Below, piece after piece: positions 9,895-20,799 of a stretch of 20,799 nt of DNA (position 1 is the first letter of the stretch; every line of letters begins with the position of its first letter). The translations under genes and the position numbers were made by a program. The notes beneath the pieces are model-generated. The model was not told where the DNA came from. It did not search any database and saw only the letters and a list, made by a program, of their open reading frames with translations. This stretch comes from Octopus sinensis (taxonomy: Eukaryota): assembly GCF_006345805.1 (NCBI RefSeq), contig NW_021825397.1, forward strand, positions 1 to 20,799, given 5' to 3'.

Positions 9895-10248
9895 ATTCAG
9901 GCAGACATAGTTGACGGAAGCGATGTACGCATTCGCCACCTCGACTCGACCCTTCACGAACAGCTTCCTCTCTGCCAATTTCTGGGTTAGATCGACTATC
10001 CTGTTCGTCACCTCCCACCCGTTGTTGTCCAACCTCGGGGTCTACAGGAGACCAGACCCCAAACAGTTTAACCTGTCTTTCACTTTAGCGCCCTACAAAC
10101 TGTCGGTGGTATGAGTCTGCCTCTCCATCTGCCGAGTTGCAGGCCCACCGACTTCACTTGGATAAGCTTTGCTCCTATCAACACTTCGTGGACAGTATTA
10201 TGATGACGTGGTCCGTGTTAGCGGATACGAACATTCCACATCCTAAGA
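9895..10248 (-). mobile_element. Tx1-clade LINE reverse-transcriptase fragment (decayed)
   Basis: VSANTDHVIII (decayed SAYADD), GAKLIQVKSVGLQLGRWRG, then WEVTNRIVDLTQKLAERKLFVKGRVEVANAYIAS, homologous to Tx1-B 7590-7694. Confidence 0.8.
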
Positions 10249-10599
10249 CATATATATATATATATATTTATATATATATGGCATCTGTATTTCTAATTAT
10301 ATATTTTCGATTTGAAAATTTCAGTCAGCAGTTTTATGATGATTGGCGGTGGAAGTGGAAGAGTTAAAATGAGAGAGGGGTAGAGGAGTGATAGAAGAGA
10401 GAGAGGGAAAGAAGAGGAGGAGAGTTGATGTGTACGATTGTTCGTGTGTGTGTGTGTGTGTCTCTGTGTGATTAATATATACATAAGCTGCCTAAGCTTT
10501 TCTTTAATATGAAACTGGAGGGAATATCACATTAACGATTGCATTAATGACATAATTTTACTGTGAAGATGAGTGAAATGTTTAGCCGGAAGAACTTTC

Positions 10600-10712
10600 C
10601 AATAACAATAATAATTATAATAATAATAAAAATAATAATAATAGTAATAATAATAGAATAATAATAATATAATAATTATTATTATTTATTATTATTATTA
10701 TATTATTATTAA
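10600..10712. repeat. (AAT)n/(TTA)n microsatellite, left flank of the copy-2-specific element
   Basis: Direct observation; counterpart of 310-503. Confidence 0.9.
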
Positions 10713-10713
10713 T

Positions 10714-11216
10714 TTAGAGAGCAGTGCATGCCATCAAAGTGACACTAGGGTAAAATATACGAAGCCCAGTATACCCATCATGACTACCCGTCTCATAAGG
10801 TACACCAGGCACATGCATCACACCATAAGTGCGAACATGATGATCTCATATCAAGATAAAAAGCACATGACCTTCTATGTGGGCCTAGTTAAATTTTCTT
10901 CTGGTCGAGTACAGATCCTGCTCAAAGGTCCCTGAGTAAGGGTTGTTTAAGGATTTTGAACGAAACACCCATTTTCCAGAGTGAATTATTCAAACCCCAA
11001 AGAATCCCTCTTAACACTTGCTATGATATTCCCCACTACTTCTGCTTGCGATCAGAGATGCACATATCTTCAGCCACTAAGTGACATGCTCAACTGGTTA
11101 ACGTCGAGCAACTTACAAGCAAATCTGTGGTATTGAGCAGAATATTTGCTGGAGCCCATCCTCTATACCAAGACGATGGCCTACATCTTCGTTCAATATC
11201 CTTCAACAAACCTTAC

Positions 11217-11217
<1 letters not shown>
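10714..11217 (-). mobile_element. Non-coding ~500-bp element embedded in (TTA)n; probable 3' part of a (TAA)n-associated (R4/Dong-like) retroelement
   Basis: Flanked by TTA runs on both sides and absent from copy 1. Strand and clade are inferred from the microsatellite context and recall of a common octopus repeat. Confidence 0.6.
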
Positions 11218-11247
<30 letters not shown>

Positions 11248-11273
11248 ATTATTATTGTTATTAATATTATTAA

Positions 11274-11316
<43 letters not shown>
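11218..11316. repeat. (TTA)n microsatellite
   Basis: Direct observation. Confidence 0.95.
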
Positions 11317-11357
11317 TGCCAATAGGGCCGCATATAGGAGAAGATACAGTAGAAAAT

Positions 11358-11588
11358 GCGGTGTGAGCTGGCAGAATCTTCAGTACGTAGTGCGAAATGC
11401 TAAGCGGTATTTCTTCTGCCGTTATCTTCTGAGTTCAAATTTCCCCGAGGTCGACTTTGCCTTTCATCCTTTCGGGGTCGATTAAAGAAGTACCAGTTAC
11501 GCACTGTGATCGATATAATAGACTTAATCCGTTTGTCTGTCCTTGTTTGTCCTCTCTGTGTTTAGCCCCTTGTGGGTAGTAAGAAACA
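11358..11588 (+). mobile_element. tRNA-derived SINE family 1, duplicate of 547-778
   Basis: Colinear with 547-778; B-box GTTCAAATTTC. Confidence 0.85.
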
Positions 11589-12652
11589 GGACACAGTAGA
11601 CATGGACGTGGGGATTTACACAGAGACAACGAGTACACACGTTAAAAGAATAACAATGATATCCGACCAAAGAATATACAATGAAAGTTCGTAATAGGTG
11701 CAGGTAATCCCCTGGATTGGCTCAGGTACCCCCACCCCAATCCTGAACCACTCGACGCTTCGAGGGCATCTGGTAAGAGCACTCTCCTCCCTCTCAAATT
11801 CACTAGCCAAAGGCGTGTTATTAGAGTAGGTCCACTCACACGTACCATTTTCTCTGTTCATCCACCTTTGGCAAATGTACTGGGAGGCAGACTTCACTCT
11901 GCACCCTCATCTTCCTTTCAAAGGAAATTTGAAAAAGGTGACGAGTGATTGGCAGTAGAGAAAATCTCTGTCTTTAGTCCGTTTAACCTGGTCCACAACA
12001 GCCTCTTTCGCTACTGCTATTAGACTAAGTAAATTGCCTGACCTTCCGGACTAATGGAAAGTGGCTGAGCGATCTTCACTACGGACTCGCCGATAGATAG
12101 AAACTGCCTACACTTAATAACAGCTTTTCAACATAACTCCTAAGTCGTAATGCAAGGACACTGGACGAGTGCGTGCAGAACGCTTTCATCGCTCTGCGCA
12201 TATCTCGGGTAGTCGGTCAGACAGCAATTCCGTGCTTGTAGAGTTTATCTCGATCCGGCAGTGCCCCGATAGCACTGCAAAGCAAGGGACTTCTAGAAGT
12301 TATCCATTATCCCCGTCTTGAAAGTCCTCCTCAACAGACTGTTTGTTCAATTTTGTCAACGCCTAGCGTCTCTTCCAAGTGCTTCATCGCACTTTCCCTC
12401 CACTAACCCTCCATAGAACTTCAGAGTGGATTTTCCACTGATCGCATTGCCCACCTGGTAGAGACAGTGAGTGCCTAGCAACATTCCAGATGCCAGTAAC
12501 CCTCCTCGGTCTCTTCTTGAACCAGACTGCAGCTTACTCAAGAGATGAGATGTGAAAGCCTTTTGACAAACGATGACCACACCTGTTCACCATTTACGCA
12601 GAATATTTGGAGATGCCGCAGCCCCAGTGCATGTCTTCCACAGCATGCCCAG
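11589..12652 (-). mobile_element. Tx1-clade LINE family A, duplicate of 779-1864
   Basis: Colinear with 779-1864, with many extra 1-bp deletions. Confidence 0.85.
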
Positions 12653-13496
12653 TGTTCCGGAAATCGGAAAGCGAAAGCACAAAAACGAAAATGGGAAAAG
12701 GGAAAAGTAAAAACAGCATTTAAGTGTTCTCCTTGTTAGACCTTGAATTATAAGGCTAAAAATATATCAAAAATGTAATCAAGAATAGACGGAATTTTTC
12801 AGTTCTTCAAAATATATTTATACTTGACCACGACTGAAAATTCCCGACCTAGAGTCCAATAGAGAATTAAGCATCTTAGATCTGAACAGGATATGCACAC
12901 TTTCAGCTAAACAAAGCATATATTTATTCGATCCATTCACATAAGTTATGGATTCTCAATTACTTCCCATCCAGTCACATGTGGTGTTTCGTTTTCTTCC
13001 AAACTTAGCCACTTTCGTAGCTTTACTTTTTTCCAATGTAGGAAGGGGATTATGTGATTGGCATTACGACTTTGAAATTCACCTTAAATAAGCAAAAGAT
13101 TAAAAGAATAAAAGATTGTGTGTGTTTGTGTGTACATGCATACAAATCACCCACATACACACGGATATGTACATAAGCGCACCACACCACATATAGGCGT
13201 ATGGTTATTGTTTCGGTAAGTTGTGTCCACGAGAAAGACCTTCCAGTGCACTCATCTGAAAAGCACCAGCATTAACCAGGGGTTAACATTGCGACAGACT
13301 GGTATCCGGTGTGTTGTATCCTTGGGTGTTGAAATACGTTCGATACCGAGATATACTGGGGCCTAATGAGCCTGTAGATCTGGCAGAGAATTTAGCTTAA
13401 AAAATACTTTAATGTAGACATTTAGGCATGCGCAGTCAAGTGTTTGTGTAACGTTTATGGAGTGGAAGTCGATATGAATATGACAAAAAAAGAAAC

Positions 13497-13965
13497 ACCG
13501 TATTTTCCGGTGTATAAGCCGCTATTTTTTACCTGGGAAATTTAGTGTGCCGCTTAGAGAAAGGTGCGCCTAATGTGTGTAACTTTTTTTATAGTTCCAG
13601 GAGGAAAATAATTTGTGTATGGAGATCGAATGATTCCACTGATTTTTTTGGAGGAAAGGTCTGTCGATGAAAGACTATTGCTACAGGACATTTGTGCCTG
13701 GAAGAAAACAAATCACATTTGTTTTGTTTTAACTTCATGTTTTGATAATGTTTTTTTTTATCCAATAAAGAATTTAATATTGACGGAAGGTGTTTGTTGC
13801 TGATTATAGTAAGATAAAATTTAAAAAATCAACAATACATCTCAAAGTTGAAGAATAAAACATTTTGAAAATACATACACATCAACAACAACAAAGCTAG
13901 CAGCGGTCACGTGGTTCCATAAGTCTTTATAAAACACCGGTAGGCTTTATGTGTGGATAAAAACC
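13497..13965 (+). mobile_element. Possible Tc2/pogo-like remnant, duplicate of 2718-3185
   Basis: ACCGTATTTTCCGGTGTATAAGCCGC terminus. Confidence 0.45.
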
Positions 13966-13969
13966 AAAA

Positions 13970-14610
13970 TTTTCCCCAAAATCCCAAGCTAAACTTCACA
14001 ATACAATAATACAAACATTAATAAGCCACCTCAATTGTATAATACTAATCTTAAGCCAACATTCTACAACCCTGTCTACGAGACGACAAATATTAGTTCC
14101 ATTACAACCTCTCAATCCGATACTAATATAAATCCTAATTTAGATTCTCCCCACTAACAACAAACCAACCAACATCAACATTACTAATAGTAAACCACAA
14201 CCACTTGCAACTGTCACGCTTCTGAAATATATGGTATGCAGACACCTGTCTCCTCAAAAGCGTAATCTATAAGTGCCACGTGATTACCCCATGCACCCAC
14301 CAGGCAAGGGTGTATATTTGGGGCACTGAGGATTTTCAATGTCGTTGTCGTGCTCATATGTATTCTTTCACTAATCCCGAATCTAAACTATTTCAATCTT
14401 TAGCAACACACATATACAACCTCAATTCAAAACAATGTCCAACACGCTCTATCGTGGTCCATAGTATGTGAAGCTCCCCTCTACAACACAAATATAGGTA
14501 AATGTATGTTATGTATAAAAGGGTCATTAACTATTCTTCGCCTCCACAACTCCTCACTGTTAAATTCTCTGACGTTATTTTTTATCGTAAGCATAAATAC
14601 TGCCCGACAT
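13970..14610 (+). mobile_element. Penelope-like GIY-YIG remnant, duplicate of 3190-3830
   Basis: SVIYKCHV...RVYIWGTEDFQCRCRAHMYSF...CMLC. Confidence 0.8.
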
Positions 14611-14846
14611 TCATGCACTTCCCTAATTCCAAATAAATAAAGCTGTAATGTAAAACAAGTGTCAACCTGACAATCGACAAGTGAACACATTCCAAATAGC
14701 AAATATGTGTGTGTGTGTCTATGTATACATATATGTATGTATATATATATATATATATATATATAAATATATAATATATATATATATATATAATATATAT
14801 ATATATAATATATATATATATATTATATATATATATATATATACAG

Positions 14847-14891
<45 letters not shown>

Positions 14892-15408
14892 GAGCATATG
14901 CAATACATATGAAATATCCAAAATTTCATTTACAAATACATAATATATACATACAAGCTCTTACATAATACATGCAAACACACACACATATACGCACAAT
15001 ATATATACATATAAACTCCTACATTAATACACAGTATTAAAAACATTAAGTAGTCAGCATTATATATAGATACCTACAGAAATATAAATATATTAACACG
15101 CATCCCAAATTTATTCCAAGTATTATGATCAATCGATTTTTCATCCTCCTCTCAGCCTCCTAAATTTCTCCAACACACATCACAAATTTCTTCAAATTTT
15201 TGCTTTTCAACCGTCTCTACTCTCATTGGACCCTTCTCGGCTTCAAACAATAATTAACAAAAGTCAAATACTAAGAAAAATACCGACCCGATTTTTTGTA
15301 CTACTAACATTCTTAACCACTCCCTCGTACCTGAAAAGTGTCCTTAAAAAATACCCCACATAATTTGAGATGGAATTGCTGTTTCATTATTGTACCAGCT
15401 AGAAGGGG

Positions 15409-15623
15409 ATACTCCCTAAACATTCAGATGAATTACTTAATTATTCACATCGTTTACAATTAATCATACGTTATCTTCTAGCTTTTAGATTTTGATTATG
15501 TGATTGCTTACTTTTAGAATAACTTTGCATGGTGGTTGTGAAAGGGCTAATGTGTTCAGTTTCCACAGAAAACAGGAAGAATATTTGGGCCCGACGTGGC
15601 CAATGCCAATGCTATTGGGTTAA
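15409..15623. mobile_element. piggyBac-like MITE, duplicate of 4612-4826
   Basis: Ends AATGCTATTGGGTTAA. Confidence 0.55.
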
Positions 15624-15944
15624 CTGAAAATTACTGAAGTAAAAATAAAAGCATAAAAAACATTTTAGGTAATTTGGGGACCCAAATTTATGAGGTCTTA
15701 AGGGTGGAGAACCTTTTTATCCCATCCTTAATGCCGTTGAGGAGACTGGACAATGGCCAATAGAAGGCCGATATAATATAATGAAAATCGTAACTTACCA
15801 ATAAAGTGCTGTTAGTCTCTGTTCGTAAGAGGTAGTGAATGTTTATATATATCTATATATATATATATATGTGCGCATATATATATATTGCGTCATTTCT
15901 TTATTTACCATACATTTTTTCATTGAAGTAGCACACAATTATGC

Positions 15945-15992
<48 letters not shown>

Positions 15993-16453
15993 ATAGATTG
16001 GCGTCTTTATTTCTCATTATATGAATCCGATATGAAAAGTTTGCGTCAGCAGTCAAAGATGGGCGTTGATAGTGGAAGAGTGTAAATGAGAGAGGGGAAA
16101 GAATGTGATAGAAAGAGAGAGAGAGAGGGAGGGAGAAAGAAGAAAAAGAGGGTTTTGTGTGTGTGTGTGTGTGTGTGTGTGTTTGTGTGATGCTATTAGC
16201 TACATAACCATGTACTAAGGATTTGGTGAGATTGATACATTTTAATTCCCTTCACTTACTCAGTATACCCTCCTTCTTCCCGCGACATTAGCATTCCAGC
16301 AGAAATGGAGAAATGAAAATTATGTCACTGTCTGGTGTTGCATGTGTGTATGTATGTGTGTGTGTGTATATGCGTAACTGCATGAGACTGTTTACATCCG
16401 CGTAACTGAAATTAACTTGAAATAATCTAAGTACTATTTTACAAATTGTGATA

Positions 16454-16494
<41 letters not shown>

Positions 16495-16562
16495 ATATAT
16501 ATATATATATAAACACGCACACACAGTTATCAGAATTATATAAACGTATATATTCATGTATT

Positions 16563-16604
<42 letters not shown>

Positions 16605-16623
16605 ATATATATATATGATATAT

Positions 16624-16930
16624 AGTAGGTGAATGAATTATTCTAGCATGGAAAATTCGTTTAACCGATACCTGGGTAGCAAATTCACGTCGGAAAACAC
16701 AGTTGAAGTGACCTGTCAAGGGTAGAAACTCCGGGTTCTTTTGTGCAAATTTGTGTTATTTATATGAATAAATGAAAGAATGGAGTCGAACGAGGTTTTT
16801 ACTCTCGACACATGTTTCGAAGACGGCATAATTTTAATTCCGAAGGAATAAATGGTGCATTATGCCATCTTCTCATCAGGAAAGATTAAGAGCCTCTTTC
16901 ACACCACGAACAAAATTTTTGATGATTGCC
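16624..16930 (-). mobile_element. Probable third Penelope-like pLTR fragment
   Basis: Begins immediately at (TA)n 16565-16623 and contains an intact hammerhead. The distal boundary is approximate. Confidence 0.55.
16802..16884 (-). ncRNA. Type-I hammerhead ribozyme, intact core
   Basis: CUUUC-CUGAUGA-GAAGAUGGCAUAAU..AUUAUGCCGUCUUC-GAAAC-AUGU-GUC-GAGAG: 14-bp stem II (one GU pair), 5-bp stem I, short stem III containing the palindrome ACAUGU. Confidence 0.9.
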
Positions 16931-17891
16931 TACATGGTGACCACAGTGACAATGAGTGTTTTTTTAAATAATCCGTATAAGCAATGACTTAAAAAATGGG
17001 TAGAAGGAGGGTGTAGTAAAAATAGGTAGGGGACAATATGTATGCTGTATGTATGATGATGTGCGGGTGTGTGCTTGTTTAATGATTGCGAGTGATTGTG
17101 TATGTGTATGAGTGTGTATATAACTGCATTTGTGTCTGTGTGTGTATGTGTTATTGTGTGTGTGAGGTAGACAAACGTCAAATACACTTAGTAGTAAGGT
17201 GTGAAATTTGTGTCTGTGTGTTTGATCGTGCGTGTTATAGAGAGGGAGATATATATATATATACATACGTCAAAGACATTTAGTAGCTATGGAACATAAA
17301 ATCGTTTAAAAGCGACATTAACCGGAAATGATTAAAATATTGTTATACGATCAGTCGATAGATTTTTCATCTGTTAGAATCATCTCACTTTTGCTCGATA
17401 ACTATTGATCATCGATCTCTTCCCAAATACAATGTCAAAAGCCAACATTAAAATTCATTGTTAGACCCTCCAGTGTTCACATTGTCATCCACCATTCTCT
17501 TCCTGAAGAATCTCTGAAGCTTAAGCTGGATGTGCTAGAAATAGCAGCCAAATATTTCCTCTGAGCAGACGATAGATTCATTTAACGATAGTGTCACTTC
17601 AGAAAATCAAGTTATCAATAACGATAATAATTTAAATGGTATATATAATGATTGACATGGAAGCAAACGATACAAATTCATTTAACAATAGTTCGTTTCA
17701 GAAAATTACGTTTGTGAAATAAAGTATATGATAGAGAAATTATAACAATTCTGAAGAGGAATTAAAGGTTTTAGCAGCTTTAAAGTTATGGGAAAAGAAT
17801 TTTCGTAATCAAAGTAACAATATTTTATACGAAAGAAGGATCACAGGCGAGGATTTTGTGGTGTGAAGGGTCTTCAAGTGTATACGTCCTG

Positions 17892-17903
17892 GTGTGTGTG
17901 TGT

Positions 17904-17948
<45 letters not shown>

Positions 17949-17964
17949 TGCCTGTGTGTGTGTG
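17892..17964. repeat. (TG)n microsatellite
   Basis: Direct observation. Confidence 0.9.
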
Positions 17965-18023
17965 ATGCACTGAGATATATAACGATTATAATAATTGACA
18001 CAATTATATTCCAAACTTCTACA

Positions 18024-18435
18024 GGCGCGGGAGTGGCTGTGTGGTAAGTAGCTTGCTTACCAACCACATTGTTCCGGGTTCAATCCCACTGCGTGGCACT
18101 TTGGGCGAGCGTCTTCTACTATAGCCTCGGGCCGCCGAGTAAAGACTTGGAGTGGATTTAGTAGACGGAAACTGAAATAAGCTCGTTGTATATGTGCATA
18201 TACATATATTTCTATGTGTGTGTTTGTGTGTCAGTGTTTGTCCCCCCCCCAACATCGCTTGACAACCGATGCTGGTGTGTTTATGTCCCTGTAAGTTAGC
18301 GGTTCGGCAAAAGAGACCGATAGAAGAAGTACTAGGCTTACATGAATAAGTCCTTGGGTCGATTTACTCGACAAAATGCGGTGCTCCAGCACGGCCACAT
18401 TCAAATCACTGAAACAAGTAAAAGAGTAAAAGAGA
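18024..18435 (+). mobile_element. Full-length tRNA-derived SINE, family 2 (~410 bp; octopus OK/OR-type by recall)
   Basis: A-box TGGCTGTGTGG, B-box GGTTCAATCCC, a CORE-like CTTTGGGCGAG block, internal TA/TG tract and (GTAAAAGA)n tail. Confidence 0.9.
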
Positions 18436-19379
18436 GAGAGAGATAGCTCATCTGTACCCAAACATTCAATAGTTTGATGTCCTATTTTCATAGGAGTGAG
18501 GGGAAGAGGGAGAGGAAAACATGCAGGGGCCTCTAAACTGTTTAACGTATTTGTATCTGAGAAAGTCTCCAGTATTCTTGATGCCTTCTGCAAAAAGTGA
18601 AAGATAAAAAAGGAAATTGAAAAGAAAACTAATTGTCTTCCAGTATCTGTGTGTGTGTCTGTGTGCGTGTGTGTGTGTGTGTGTCTGTGTGTGTTTGTGT
18701 GTGATGCAATGAGATACATAACCATGCCTATAAGTTTCTTTAATATAAAACTGAAGTGAATATTAATGATAATATCAAATGATAATATTAATATTTTACA
18801 TTCCACCGGTATCAGTATCTGAGTCTAAAGTTATAATTACTGCATACTGGTGGTACAGTTTTCAACCAGCAGGATGTAACCTGATGCTAATGCTTATTAA
18901 TACATGCAGCAGAAAGGCGTGTCGTTCACAGGTTTAAAATAACTAAATTGCATTGTATATAAAATATCTAAAAAGTAAGTTACTTCATGTGTAACATTTA
19001 ATTCTTATTTAATGTATTTTACACAGGATAAAACCCGAAATAGTGAACTCGGAATTTTGGAACTAAGTGAAAGACAATGATTGTTTACCATAAAGATTTC
19101 CCGTTTTGCCGGACCATTCGATGTGGTTTACCAGAGCCTGGATTGTAGTACAATGCTTGTAAGTTGCGTCCCATGATTTGATTTTCCTCTCCCTTTATAT
19201 TATGTATATGTGTGTGTGAAAGTGTGTGTCTGCGTGCATGTTTGTGTGTGTGAAAATAAGTAAATGTAAATGAATGTATATATATGTGTGTATGTATATA
19301 TATATGTATATCGATATATGGAGAGACGTAATAGATAGAGAGATAGAAAGATAAAGATACAGACTATGATTGATAGAGA

Positions 19380-19447
19380 GATAGCTAGACAGACACATGA
19401 TAGTTTGATAGATAGATTGATAGATAGATAGTTAGATAGATAGATAA

Positions 19448-19480
<33 letters not shown>

Positions 19481-19518
19481 ATGATGGAAAGATAGATAGA
19501 TAGTCATAGATAGACAGT

Positions 19519-19573
<55 letters not shown>

Positions 19574-19710
19574 TGATAGATAGAGATATATAGACATAGA
19601 TAGATAGATAGATAGATTGATAGATAGATAGATAAATAGATACATAGATAGATAGATAGATGTATAGATAGAGATAGATGGACATAGATAGATAGATAGA
19701 TAAATAGATA
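19380..19710. repeat. (GATA)n microsatellite
   Basis: Direct observation; abuts the Tx1-B 3' end. Confidence 0.95.
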
Positions 19711-20799
19711 TGTTTCTTTATTAGCCACACAGGGCTTCACACAGTTAGAACAAATTACAAGGTAGAGCTTTTCTTTTGGGGGTAAAAAAAAGGGGGTTGG
19801 GTTTCGATCAAAAGGGATCGTGAAAGGAAAGAAAGAGGACAAAAAAGGGGAGGATTTAAAAAATAAAAGTAAAGGGGAGAGGAAAAAAACTTGATCAATA
19901 GGGATCGTAATCACAGAAATGTCAATATGAAGTGTAAAGAAAAATCTACGGAAAAGACCACGGTAACCTCGGTCAATGAAGTCACATGTTATATTTCTTT
20001 CTTATATTTTTTTTGCATATAAGCAACTCTCTGTATTAATTTTTACGGTTCATAGAATCATAGTCAAGGTGGCTTCGTCATTCATACGTGCCATCCTTGC
20101 TACATTCACCCATCTTTTTTTAAAACATTCGCTAGACAAAATTTGCCTCTCTACTCTCACTTTCCTCTTCATGTGATACTTGAAGAAGTTGATGAGAGAT
20201 TGACCAGAGAGGAAAGTGTTTGTCTCCAATCCTTTCGGGCGCGTCCACCAGATACATTCTTTCGCCATAGCCACAAGTATGATAGGAAGGAGGCGTGACG
20301 ATATTAACGATAGACTCGGCTGATAAACCGACAAGTCCCACACGTGACAGCAGTCGTTCGACATAAGCCCACAGGTCGGAAATTGCTGGACACTGAACGA
20401 TTGCGTGCAGAGCGGTTTCGTCTCTCTGCCCGCATCTCGGGCAGGTCGGCCCCGTGTTTCTCGAGCCATGCCTATAGAGCTTATCCCGAACGGGTAGCGC
20501 TTCTCGGTAGCACCGCCAGGCCAGGGATCTCTAGAAGTTGTCCATAGGTCCCGGGCCGAAAGTCGTTTGAAACAGGCGGGTCAGGTATTCCTCGTCGACG
20601 CCCAGGTTTCCCACCAGATCGTCGTCGTACCTCCCCTCCACCAATCCCCTATAGAATTCTTTGGTTGTGTTGAAGTCATTCATGGTCGACCTGGGACGGC
20701 AGAGTTGCTTGAGAGCAACGCGACACTCGCGGTGCCATTCGCCCTTCCTCGGCCTCTTTTTGACCCACGACTGTTGTTCGGTCATGGAGACGAGTTGCG
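19711..20799 (-). mobile_element. Tx1-clade LINE family B, copy 2 (runs off the window; lacks the large internal deletion)
   Basis: TTKEFYRGLVEG..GPGPMDNF*RSLAWRCYREALPVRDKLYRHG..CPRCG..LHAIVQC. The 3' UTR matches 6553-6930. Confidence 0.9.

Larger units (their letters stand above)
10298..20480 (+). repeat. Segmental/tandem duplication, copy 2 (probably continues past the window end)
   Basis: Same order of SINE, Tx1 fragment, Penelope remnant, MITE, (GATA)n and second Tx1 as copy 1. Carries extra blocks 10714-11217 and 15905-18843. Confidence 0.95.

Noticed and set aside
18024-18095. tRNA-like sequence with A and B boxes (also 547-640)
   Set aside because: It continues into SINE body and tail with no proper cloverleaf; a SINE head rather than a tRNA gene.
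18231-18806. 191-aa minus-strand ORF
   Set aside because: It runs through (CA)n and the antisense strand of SINE 2; composite and non-coding.

Overview
Eukaryotic, repeat-saturated DNA with no credible host protein-coding gene. The SINE and MITE families resemble, from recall, those of Octopus; that taxon is an inference and was not verified by search. The window holds two diverged tandem copies of a 10-13 kb unit: about 1-7370 matches about 10298-20480, with copy-specific indels. The unit is built from decayed mobile elements: three Tx1/L1-clade LINE fragments, two tRNA-derived SINE families, a Penelope-type GIY-YIG remnant, a piggyBac-like MITE, a Tc2-like end and many microsatellites. Main observations: (i) four minus-strand type-I hammerhead ribozyme motifs from three unrelated Penelope-like terminal-repeat families, two with intact catalytic cores and one pair in a 587-bp tandem; (ii) a Tx1-type LINE flanked directly on both sides by (GATA)n; (iii) that LINE's last 44 nt match the 3' tail of one SINE at 35/44 ungapped, suggesting a SINE-LINE partnership; (iv) a (TTA)n-embedded element found in only one duplicate, with inverted templated patches at its 5' junction. 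Almost all ORFs in the supplied track are microsatellite artefacts or transposon debris.
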